Part shown: positions 20,501 through 28,356 of the stretch, one piece after another
Position numbering within the stretch: position 1 is the stretch's first letter
How the letters are laid out: each line of letters opens with the position of its first letter
Assembly: GCA_963768165.1 (NCBI GenBank)
Contig: CAVYHJ010000006.1
Location: 20,711 to 84,710, forward strand
Origin: an uncultured bacterium
GTDB taxonomy: Bacteria; UBP4; UBA4092
DNA: 64,000 nt
Direction: 5' to 3'
The notes under the pieces: generated by a model
Seen by the model: the letters and a program-made list of their open reading frames with translations, nothing else
Databases searched by the model: none
Told to the model about the DNA's origin: nothing
Translations under genes and position numbers: made by a program

Positions 20501-22300
20501 ACCTCTTATAGTTATGACGCCTTGGGAGAGGAGACCGCAGAGTATTATCCCAACGGTACGATAATGAATTATTATTATGATGTTTTGGGTGAGCTGACAT
20601 CCATCCAATTTTCTTATGCCCCCGTGGGAGAACAGAATGCGCAGTATTATGCCAATGGTAAGAGAATGAATTATTCCCATAATGCCTTCGGGAGACTGAC
20701 ATCCATCCAAATTTCAAACAACTATGCTTATGGACAAACTTCTTCCATACTGTTGAATGCGGGGAGTCAGGAAACCAGTACGAATTATGGGTTGCAACTG
20801 GCCATCGGAGATACAGTAATTGGCCAATCCTCCTCGGCAAATTATACCGTTCATTGGGGACTGGGACAATTTAATTATATGAATCCTTCCACTCTTAATT
20901 ATATAAATCCATCTACCTTGCAAGTGTTGGCGTATGCGTATGATTCTGTGGGGAATAGGACTTTGCAAGTAGACATCTCCAATAATTCCACCTTCTATTA
21001 TTACGATACTTTGTATCGTCTCACGACCGAGCAACGGATTGGAACCAATGCCTACACGCGAAGCTATACCTATGACCCTGCCGGGAATCGGACCCAGATG
21101 CTGATTCTGTCCGATAGCACATCTACTACCACATATATCCTGAATAACTTGAACCAAATCACCGCTTCCACGACCAATGGGGTGGAAACCCTTTACTCCT
21201 ATGATGCCAATGGGAACTTGCTCTCCAAAGGAAGTACGTCCTATTTGTGGAATAAAGACGACCAACTCATCACCGTGTTCTTGAGTAACGATACGGTGAG
21301 TTATCTCTATGATTCCTTTGGACGAAGGTCCCAGAGGGTACATGGGAATTCGACTACAAACTATCAATTGGAAGGGTTGGATACACAAATTGAATTAGAC
21401 AACAGCACAGTCCAGCGAACCTATACTCTATCGGGAGGACTCACCGGACAAATCATTTCCGTTCGATATAACGGGGATGATTACTTCTATCACTATGATT
21501 CTTGGGGAAATGTTCTATTTATTACTGATTCTTCAGGAGCTATTGTTTCTTCCTATATCCAGGAAAGTTTCGGAAATGTTCTTGATAACCTAATTGGGTT
21601 TCCTATACAACATAATTTACAAAGTGAATATCAAGAGGGTCCTCCAAATTATTATCACTTAAATACGGGGGAACTGGACCCGGTCACAGGTCTCTACCAT
21701 TGTCAATCTCGTTGGTATGATCCAACCTCTGGAACATGGATTTGTAACGATTATTATAAATATAGTAGTTATAAATCTAATTCTAATAATAATCCTAATT
21801 CATTAATTTTAAAGCCAGTACCTTTAGAATTAGATCCACAACTTATTGACCTTATAATAGCATTTTCTATGCCGGGAGGAAACGAAGGTAAAGCGGGCGA
21901 AGGGTTGTTGTCTAAAATATGCAAAATAAAATATATACCGATTTGGGGTAGAACTTTTCTGGGGGAAGGAACTCTTGGGGTGGCCAAAGAGGGTTATGGA
22001 TTTACATCCTTTGAGGCTCTTAAAAAATATTTAGGGGATCCTGGACCGAATAATGTATGGCATCATATTGTGGAACAACGGGAGCCAAATGTATTACGAT
22101 TTAAACCATGTAATATTCATAATACTAAAAATGCAATTGCTGTAAGTAAGGAAATTAATCAAAAAATTGCCGATTATTTTTCTTCAAAACAACCCTTTAC
22201 TGAAGGAATGACTCTTAGAGAGTGGTTAAATAATCAGCCCTATGAGGAACATTACAAACGGGGAATAGAAGCATTAAAAATTTATGGTGTGTTAAAATAG
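17510..22300 (+). CDS. Rhs/YD-repeat polymorphic toxin with signal peptide and C-terminal HNH-like nuclease
   Basis: GGAGGT RBS then ATG 17510 (MYKKKWFSRLFIGIFFFLIVYLSFLQNIYALA); DUF6531-like 'NDITMSGTPGLSMTRAYN'; many YD repeats; 'LDPVTGLYHCQSRWYDP'; tip 'WHHIVEQ...IHNTKNAI' resembles the HH-type nuclease toxins paired with DUF2019. Confidence 0.9.
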   Translation: MYKKKWFSRLFIGIFFFLIVYLSFLQNIYALAIDGVAYDDSAFNGGNSSVCTSIWIHVIGINTNAAVNGGLTITVDGQGTNSDTLGSLDTCYDLYTNDEIDTYNRLCQYSYCFVTASYTDDSGNITTYPCEQSNTNGMYWTIYGVTDSTILICNPAQGWACGSDADTNPDDLNTSQACFTGNDLWLNVFSGGNPGFYNGPHTITVTQFYATWTSFLTDAGTYPCQGFEGVTVNYYLLSSDAVSSTIDFENTLPGVNACSQSVDSSIEPTFCELGVCIYPFCFAKNKIYTLQNDITMSGTPGLSMTRAYNLRQPFSDYSVANGFYEMGYGWWSEYSQCIEDNYGWVYYFDETGRKIYFQRTTPYFSDYQPNLTEYYCQETEYVLTKTNSMEEEVVGDTLGQQNQGYQYTLIKGNGCCGGGYKTLTFDKLGRITQIADSNNNTINIDYCLNHDQFGCLTEDWTYTPLTTQIYNSNGQVIHLIRYNIGDETTKIQYAVCYNTNDQNLSILTVKYNYDGYDNLTSVINQGGQTASFIYSDAANHQLSQYININGETTNWVFDTNGVCTNTNVNGIFSLFTYNFQPTNNLTIQADTANKQVIYHWLNNGIVTGKDYPDNSSTQQFPDQYNNITTAINENGDTTNMFYDAYNNLTTAIDYAGNTTQYFYDDNFEVCTTLINAAGQQYNFLLDGNGNITTMIFPDSSQWYAYYDSSGNLTTLVNPLGYASYYFYDVYGNPSGFQDPLGNQSFTFYDSFGNLTATINALSQQVEFQYDTLDRVTAVLMPLGRNSYLSYNNTFNPISAIDPMGHQTQFQYDSLDRLTSTLSAASTSISKYYDNYSLLTTGMDENGNPTFYQYDSCSRLIQGIDAAGNYSQVYYDAASQVTSARKPDGTLLPRWYDVLGQVTAYVHGETQGLVTTFQWYDVLGNLTTVYDINQGYTQYYYDLMGRITTKCYSTYTVSYFYDVLGRKTAYLDPQGNLFTYTYDADNHLISLNNWANQTTSYSYDALGEETAEYYPNGTIMNYYYDVLGELTSIQFSYAPVGEQNAQYYANGKRMNYSHNAFGRLTSIQISNNYAYGQTSSILLNAGSQETSTNYGLQLAIGDTVIGQSSSANYTVHWGLGQFNYMNPSTLNYINPSTLQVLAYAYDSVGNRTLQVDISNNSTFYYYDTLYRLTTEQRIGTNAYTRSYTYDPAGNRTQMLILSDSTSTTTYILNNLNQITASTTNGVETLYSYDANGNLLSKGSTSYLWNKDDQLITVFLSNDTVSYLYDSFGRRSQRVHGNSTTNYQLEGLDTQIELDNSTVQRTYTLSGGLTGQIISVRYNGDDYFYHYDSWGNVLFITDSSGAIVSSYIQESFGNVLDNLIGFPIQHNLQSEYQEGPPNYYHLNTGELDPVTGLYHCQSRWYDPTSGTWICNDYYKYSSYKSNSNNNPNSLILKPVPLELDPQLIDLIIAFSMPGGNEGKAGEGLLSKICKIKYIPIWGRTFLGEGTLGVAKEGYGFTSFEALKKYLGDPGPNNVWHHIVEQREPNVLRFKPCNIHNTKNAIAVSKEINQKIADYFSSKQPFTEGMTLREWLNNQPYEEHYKRGIEALKIYGVLK

Positions 22301-22317
22301 CAATTAGGGAGTTATAT

Positions 22318-22665
22318 ATGAAAAATTTAGATAAATTAATTAATAAATATATTGAAGCTGCTATCCTGCAAGGAAAGGCAACGAATGAGGCAAAATCTAA
22401 AACAGGAAATCAGCAATATACTATTATTTCAAAGATTTATCATCAATTAAAAAATGATCCAGAAGTTGGATTATTACCTTTGGTTAAATTGTTAAATCAT
22501 TCCAATGATTATGTAAAATTATGGGCAGCCGCACAAACATTATCAATAGAACCTAAAAAAGCCGAGAAGGTACTTCTGGAGCTAAGCGAAAAACCAAGAT
22601 TTCTAGGGTATAATGCTAAAATGACTTTGGAGGAATGGAGAAAAAAAGGGGAACTGAAGTTTTAA
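22318..22665 (+). CDS. DUF2019-like immunity protein, copy 1 (probable cognate)
   Basis: Directly after the toxin; 'SKTGNQQY...LVKLLNHSNDYVKLWAAA...AEKVL...AKMTLEEW'. Confidence 0.8.
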   Translation: MKNLDKLINKYIEAAILQGKATNEAKSKTGNQQYTIISKIYHQLKNDPEVGLLPLVKLLNHSNDYVKLWAAAQTLSIEPKKAEKVLLELSEKPRFLGYNAKMTLEEWRKKGELKF

Positions 22666-22666
22666 T

Positions 22667-23008
22667 ATGATGAATTTTGATAGGCTAATCAATAAATTTA
22701 TTAATACCGCAATTTTGCATGGAGAAGCATCTAACGAAGGAAAATATATAATTGCATACCGACAATATAAAGTTGTTGTAAATATTGTTAATAAACTAAA
22801 AAATGATTCAATGGTTGGACTTTCTCCATTAATTCCACTATTAAAACATCCCAATGATTATGTAAAGTTAGCCGCAGCTGCTTATACTTTTTCCATAGCG
22901 ACACAAAAGGCTGAGAAAGTACTCATAGAACTCAGTGAAAAACCAAAAACATTAGGGCTTAATGCCACAATCATCTTAAGAGAATGGAAGAATGGAAACA
23001 TGCATTAA
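22667..23008 (+). CDS. DUF2019-like immunity protein, copy 2 (divergent)
   Basis: Paralogue of copies 1 and 3: 'LLKHPNDYVKLAAAAY...AEKVLIELSEKP...LREWK'. Confidence 0.78.
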   Translation: MMNFDRLINKFINTAILHGEASNEGKYIIAYRQYKVVVNIVNKLKNDSMVGLSPLIPLLKHPNDYVKLAAAAYTFSIATQKAEKVLIELSEKPKTLGLNATIILREWKNGNMH

Positions 23009-23018
23009 ATATTAAGCT

Positions 23019-23369
23019 ATGAGTATAAGAAATTTAGATAAATTAATTAATAAATATATTGAAGCTGCTATCCTGCAAGGAAAGGCAACGAATGAGGCAA
23101 AATCTAAAACAGGAAATCAGCAATATACTATTATTTCAAAGATTTATCATCAATTGAAAAATGATCCAGAAGTTGGATTATTGCCTTTGGTTAAATTGTT
23201 AAATCATTCCAATGATTATGTAAGATTATGGGCTGCTGCACACACGTTATCAATCAATCCCGAAAAAGCTGAGAAAGTACTTATGGAACTCAGTGATAAA
23301 AAACCATTTTGGGGGTTTAATGCTAAAATGACTTTACAGGAATGGAAAAAGGGAAGCTTAAATTTTTAA
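23019..23369 (+). CDS. DUF2019-like immunity protein, copy 3
   Basis: First ~190 bp nearly identical to copy 1; 3' third diverged. Confidence 0.8.
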   Translation: MSIRNLDKLINKYIEAAILQGKATNEAKSKTGNQQYTIISKIYHQLKNDPEVGLLPLVKLLNHSNDYVRLWAAAHTLSINPEKAEKVLMELSDKKPFWGFNAKMTLQEWKKGSLNF

Positions 23370-23431
23370 CACTTTAAGATTTCTTGATAACTTTATAAAC
23401 ATTCAACCACCCCAATAATATATAATAATTC

Positions 23432-24211
23432 GTGATACAACAATTTTATATTCTGAAACCCGAAGGGGATGAATTATTTGGGACGAAATTTGCCTATGGA
23501 CAGATGGGAACGCCGTATTCATTAGGAGATTGTGAGTATTGTCCAAAGTGTCATTCAGCGGTTAGTATGTTGTTATGGCTTCCGCTCCATCGCTTAGAGT
23601 TATCTTCCTCGAAACCAGAGAAATGGGGTGATTTCTTATTTGGAGCAGATTATCACCCCTTTGTTTCAGCAAAATTTAAAAGTATCTTTGAGCAAGAAGA
23701 ATTGAAAGGGTTGATAACGTTCCATCCACCAGCAAAGATTATTAAACTGGGGACTAAAAGTCCTAAGGATGTTATCGAGTCTTTACCGGTTTATCATATG
23801 ATGGAAATTCCTTGTGAGGGAGCAGAAATTGATATTGAAGCATCCCACATGGTATACAACAAGCCATCCAATTGTGATAAATGTAAACAATCAAATCGGA
23901 TTTTTAAAAGTCATAAAGGATTAATAATTAAAGAGAATTCCTGGATAGGGTTGGATATCTTTCGACCATGGGGTGGTTTGAATTATATTTTTGTTACCGA
24001 AAGATTCAAATCTGTATTAGAAAAATACAAACCGACTAACTATTTATTATATCCCGCAGATCAATGGTGGGAAGAAGAACCCAATTTGAATCCCTTTTAT
24101 ACGCATGAAGATGCTAAAAGGGAAAAGGAACTAGCGGAACAATTTAGAAGAAGTATGAAAGATGCAAAAATTACAATAACCCTTCCAAAAGGATTTCAAA
24201 ATAAAACGTAG
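23432..24211 (+). CDS. Orphan putative immunity protein (Imm11/DUF1629-like, two CxxC motifs)
   Basis: 'CPKC...LWLP', 'WGDFLFG', 'CDKC', 'LDIFRPWGG..IFVTERF' resemble immunity proteins found with HNH/AHH toxins; position in the array. Confidence 0.55.
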   Translation: MIQQFYILKPEGDELFGTKFAYGQMGTPYSLGDCEYCPKCHSAVSMLLWLPLHRLELSSSKPEKWGDFLFGADYHPFVSAKFKSIFEQEELKGLITFHPPAKIIKLGTKSPKDVIESLPVYHMMEIPCEGAEIDIEASHMVYNKPSNCDKCKQSNRIFKSHKGLIIKENSWIGLDIFRPWGGLNYIFVTERFKSVLEKYKPTNYLLYPADQWWEEEPNLNPFYTHEDAKREKELAEQFRRSMKDAKITITLPKGFQNKT

Positions 24212-24336
24212 ACAACTAATCTTCAAAACCACCATCGAATGGGTTGATTACAAGAGATTGCTTCCACCGGTACTTTTAACTGGAAATGAAACTAAAAAAC
24301 TACCTGTTATAATGTAAAAATAAATAACAAATAATC

Positions 24337-25077
24337 ATGGATCTTGATGAAGAAATAAAGAAAAGTTTAAAACATTCTGAGGATTTGAAAAAGTCTGGAT
24401 TAGGTCCAAAAGACGTCCGAAAGTATATTCGGAAACATTTTAAACCTTTTGCCAAAGAATATGGTTTCCAATTTCGGACCCAAATTACACTATATCGGAT
24501 CCATCAAAATGTACTTCATTCACTAGGGTTTGAGAATCTCTCCAGCGGCTTTACCTGTCAAGTTGCGATTCAACCATTATATTATCCTGGCGATTCATAT
24601 TTTTTTAATTTCGGTGATAGAATCAGTAACTTTAAAGTTCATCTTTTAGAAACTTGGGATTATCTATATCCAGAGAAGGGTGTTCTTGAGATATTAGAGC
24701 TAGTGAAACGAGATGTACTCCCTTGGTTTGACAAATTTGGACACCCCGCAGGTATCATAGATTTTGTTGAAAATTATAAGGAGTATAAAAAAGAATATGT
24801 GTATTGTAGAATCTCACCAGATGCTCGTGAAGAGAGTGCCTGTTTTAGTTATCTATATCTAGGACAATATCAAAAAGCGACTGAATATTTAAAAAAAGGT
24901 ATTGTGTTATTGAAACAAATTATACAAGAACATCCTGAATGGTCAGTTGACTGGCATGGGAAAGAGTTAGCTATGTATGAACATTTATTGGGTTTAATTC
25001 AAAATGATCCTCCTAAAATAAAACCTCAATTAGATGAGTATATTCAATATACCAAGAAAAATTTGAAAATTGAATAA
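24337..25077 (+). CDS. Orphan putative immunity protein (DUF4304-like)
   Basis: 'FKPFAKEYGF', 'QPLYYP', 'LPWFDK' and a helical TPR-like tail; AT-rich; position in the array. Confidence 0.5.
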   Translation: MDLDEEIKKSLKHSEDLKKSGLGPKDVRKYIRKHFKPFAKEYGFQFRTQITLYRIHQNVLHSLGFENLSSGFTCQVAIQPLYYPGDSYFFNFGDRISNFKVHLLETWDYLYPEKGVLEILELVKRDVLPWFDKFGHPAGIIDFVENYKEYKKEYVYCRISPDAREESACFSYLYLGQYQKATEYLKKGIVLLKQIIQEHPEWSVDWHGKELAMYEHLLGLIQNDPPKIKPQLDEYIQYTKKNLKIE

Positions 25078-25134
25078 AAATATTTGTTTTATGATAAAGA
25101 TTATATTCTTGTTAATTCTGTACAACCATTTTAT

Positions 25135-27203
25135 CCCGTTGGTATGATGTTCTAGGACAAGTTACCGCCTATGTTCATGGAGAAACCCAAGGGTTAGTCA
25201 CTACTTTTCAATGGTACGACGTATTGGGGAATTTAACGACGGTCTATGATATCAATCAGGGATATACCCAATATTACTATGACCTCATGGGACGGATTAC
25301 CACGAAATGCTATTCCACTTATACGGTTTCCTATTTTTATGATGTATTGGGACGAAAGACGGCATATCTTGACCCCCAAGGGAATCTTTTCACGTATACC
25401 TATGATGCGGACAATCAACTGATTTCCCTAAACAATTGGACAAACCAGACGACTTCGTATAGTTATGATGCCTTGGGAGAAGAGACCGCAGAGTATTATC
25501 CCAACGGTACGAGAATGAATTATTACTACGATGTTTTGGGGGAACTGACATCCATCCAATTTTCTTATGCCCCCGTGGGAGAACAGACCACTATGAGAAT
25601 GAATCCTTACCATAATGTCGTCGGGGGACCGACATCCATCCAATTTTCAAACAACTATGCCTATGGACAAACTTCTTCCATACTGTTGAATGCGGGGAGT
25701 CTGGAAACCAGTACGAATTATGGGTTGCAACTGGCCATCGGAGACACGGTGATTGGCCAATCCACCTCAGCGAATTATACCGTTCATTGGGGACTGGGAG
25801 AATTTAATTATGTGAATACATCCACTATACAGGTGCTGGCGTATGCCTATGATTCTGTGGGGAACCGGACCTTGCAAGTAGACCTTTCTAATAATTCTAC
25901 CTTCTATTATTACGATATCTTGTATCGGTTAACCACCGAGCAAAGAATTGGAACCAATGCCTATACGCGGATCTATACCTATGACCCTGCCGGGAATCGG
26001 ACACAGATGTTGATTCTATCCGATAGCACATCTACTACCACCTATATCCTGAATAACTTGAACCAAATAACCGTTTCCACGACCAATGGGGTGGAGACTC
26101 TTTATTCCTATGATGCCAATGGGAACTTACTCTCCAAAGGGAGTACTTCGTATCTGTGGAATAAAGACAACCAACTCATCTCCGTGTTCTTGAGTAACGA
26201 TACGGTGAGTTATCTCTATGATTCCTTGGGACGAAGGTCGCAGAGAATACATGGGAATTCGACTACAAATTACCAGTTGGAAGGGTTGGATACCCAAGTT
26301 GAATTGGACAATAGCACAGTCCAGCGAACCTATACCCTATCAGGAGGACTCACTGGACAAATCATCTCCGTCCGACACAACAATGCCGATTATTTCTATC
26401 ATTACGATGCCATCGGAAACGTATTATTCATCACCGATGCATCGGGAGCCATTGTTACTGCCTATACCCAGGAAGGGTTTGGAAATGTCTTGGCAACCCT
26501 GAGCAACTTTAGCAACTCTTACCACTTAACCACCAAAGAACAAGACCCGGTAACAGGATTATATTACTTTGGTGCACGATGGTACGACCCGCAAGTGGGA
26601 AGATGGTTATCTAGAGAGCCGACAGGACAAGATGGGCCGAATTTGTATCGTTTTGGATTTAATAATCCGGTTAATGGTTTTGACCCGAATGGGCTATCTT
26701 ATATAGAATTTTTTAGGGGGGATGATATGATAGGCACATTGTATGTTTTTGATAAAGACGATAATCTTATACGTTCTATACCTGCGGGAAATCAGACTTG
26801 CGGAGTAAACCCCAAAACAAAGAAAAAATTTACCCCTCTTCCAGACGACACCTATACAATTACAGGAAGGCCAAGGAAGGCGTATTCAAAAAACAAAAAA
26901 GATATAACCTTAAATGGAAAACTTGGGGCATATGTAATACCTATTAATGATTATACAGATGAAGATGGTGTTTTACATGATGCATTAAGAATCCATGGAG
27001 GAAGAGGAAATTTTACTTTTCCACATTGTACAAATGGTTGTATTCGTATTTCAAACGATGACGCAAAATGGTTTTATGATAATTTTGGCGTTAAAAGTGG
27101 ACAATATTATAATGACCAATTAGAATATATTAGCATAGAAACACTAGATGATCCTGATTTTCAATTTCTTGTAAATGGGAATGCGGAATTTATAAAAAAT
27201 TAA
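25135..27203 (+). pseudogene. Silent 5'-truncated rhs cassette (orphan toxin module) with L,D-transpeptidase-like/Tlde1-like tip
   Basis: 25135-~26400 is a close copy of 20184-~21490; frame opens after TAA at 25113-25115 with no ATG or RBS; canonical 'NPVNGFDPNGL' junction; tip 'LRIHGG...TNGCIRIS'. Confidence 0.85.
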
Positions 27204-27308
27204 TTTAAAAGTTTTTTACATAAAAGTAAATGCAAAATAACAGATAATTATATGATTTTCAACAGGTGTTATGACAGTACGAAATAATCATTTCGAAGGT
27301 AGATAAAG

Positions 27309-28124
27309 ATGAAAAAGATATTTTTTACGTTGTCATTGTTTCTTTTTGTTAATTCAATTGTATTAGCTGTTGATAAAAAAGTACTTTCCAATGATACCTC
27401 CCATTTTTCTATCGATTTAATAGATCCCTATATTACAAGTGGTGATTTCGAGAAAAGACTAAGTGATTTGTCCGAAAGTACCTCAGCAACAAACCGGCGG
27501 TTCTCTTATTTTGTACTGAATGGAATGTTGAATTATGCCGATATAGCGACTAATAATTTTGAAAAAGAAAATGATATAACCAATAAAAGAATGTTGGCTT
27601 TAATAGGGTATAGGATGTATCCACAATCTAGAATATGGAAGAGTAGATTGTTAAAATATTTCCCTAGAACAGAAAAAGATATACGAGAAACATTTTGTAG
27701 TTATGAAGGAAATTTTATGTATGACCAAGAACAGAATTATTTTGAATTTTTGGGAAATATTGCCGTTACCCAAAGTGATTCTGAAGTATTATACATTATA
27801 TTAGAAGATTATGACCAATTGAGTAATTCTGCTGAAATTATAGATATAGTAGGAGGATTATTATTTGATATAAGTAATAAATCACCGAAACTATTTTTAA
27901 GAACACTTAAGAAGTTACCAAACTATAAACAAGGTTCTATTCTTGTGAATTTTGTTTATGGTCCAGATTCTCCTGGTATATCTTTTGTATGTCCCTTTAC
28001 TAAAGAATTAGAACGATTGGTTAAAACTAAAGATAAAGAACTTTCCTCATATGCCGCTGTTGTACTGAAAAAAATACAGAATATTGTTCAAGAACATGAA
28101 AAGGAAGAAAAGAAAAACAAATAA
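27309..28124 (+). CDS. Secreted putative immunity protein for the Tlde1-like tip
   Basis: Signal peptide MKKIFFTLSLFLFVNSIVLA; follows the toxin tip; no family recognised. Confidence 0.6.
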   Translation: MKKIFFTLSLFLFVNSIVLAVDKKVLSNDTSHFSIDLIDPYITSGDFEKRLSDLSESTSATNRRFSYFVLNGMLNYADIATNNFEKENDITNKRMLALIGYRMYPQSRIWKSRLLKYFPRTEKDIRETFCSYEGNFMYDQEQNYFEFLGNIAVTQSDSEVLYIILEDYDQLSNSAEIIDIVGGLLFDISNKSPKLFLRTLKKLPNYKQGSILVNFVYGPDSPGISFVCPFTKELERLVKTKDKELSSYAAVVLKKIQNIVQEHEKEEKKNK

Positions 28125-28134
28125 TTAAATATTA

Positions 28135-28220
28135 GATGCCGCCAGCCAGGTGACCTCGTCTCGTAAACCGGACGAAACCGTATTCCCCCGTTGGTATGAT
28201 GTTCTAGGACAGGTTACCGC
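28135..28220 (+). repeat. 86-bp third copy (stump) of the rhs core segment
   Basis: Matches 20132-20217; shares TATGATGTTCTAGGA with the orphan cassette rather than TACGATGTTTTGGGA of the main gene. Confidence 0.9.
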
Positions 28221-28346
28221 GCCAGTTAGAATCTTACCTTCGGTTATACGATATCCCCGCAGGACTCTTGACCCTTCAACTTCACCCCACCCGCTTTCCT
28301 TGAGTTTTGGGTCTATGTATTCAACTCTAGTTTCGGGTTCGTTCAT
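28221..28346 (-). pseudogene. hsdR: Type I restriction enzyme R subunit, 5' stub (~42 codons)
   Basis: 'MNEPETRVEYIDPKLKESGWGEVEGSRVLRGYRITEGKI' is the N-terminus of EcoAI/EcoEI-type HsdR; runs directly into the antisense rhs stump. Confidence 0.75.
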
Positions 28347-28356
28347 AGGTTATTTT

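Noticed and set aside
25224-27203. 659-aa track ORF as an independently expressed gene
   Set aside because: Starts at an internal TTG of the rhs core with no RBS or signal peptide; treated as a silent cassette.
28125-28346. 73-aa minus-strand ORF as a real small protein
   Set aside because: Chimera of the hsdR 5' stub and the antisense rhs stump.
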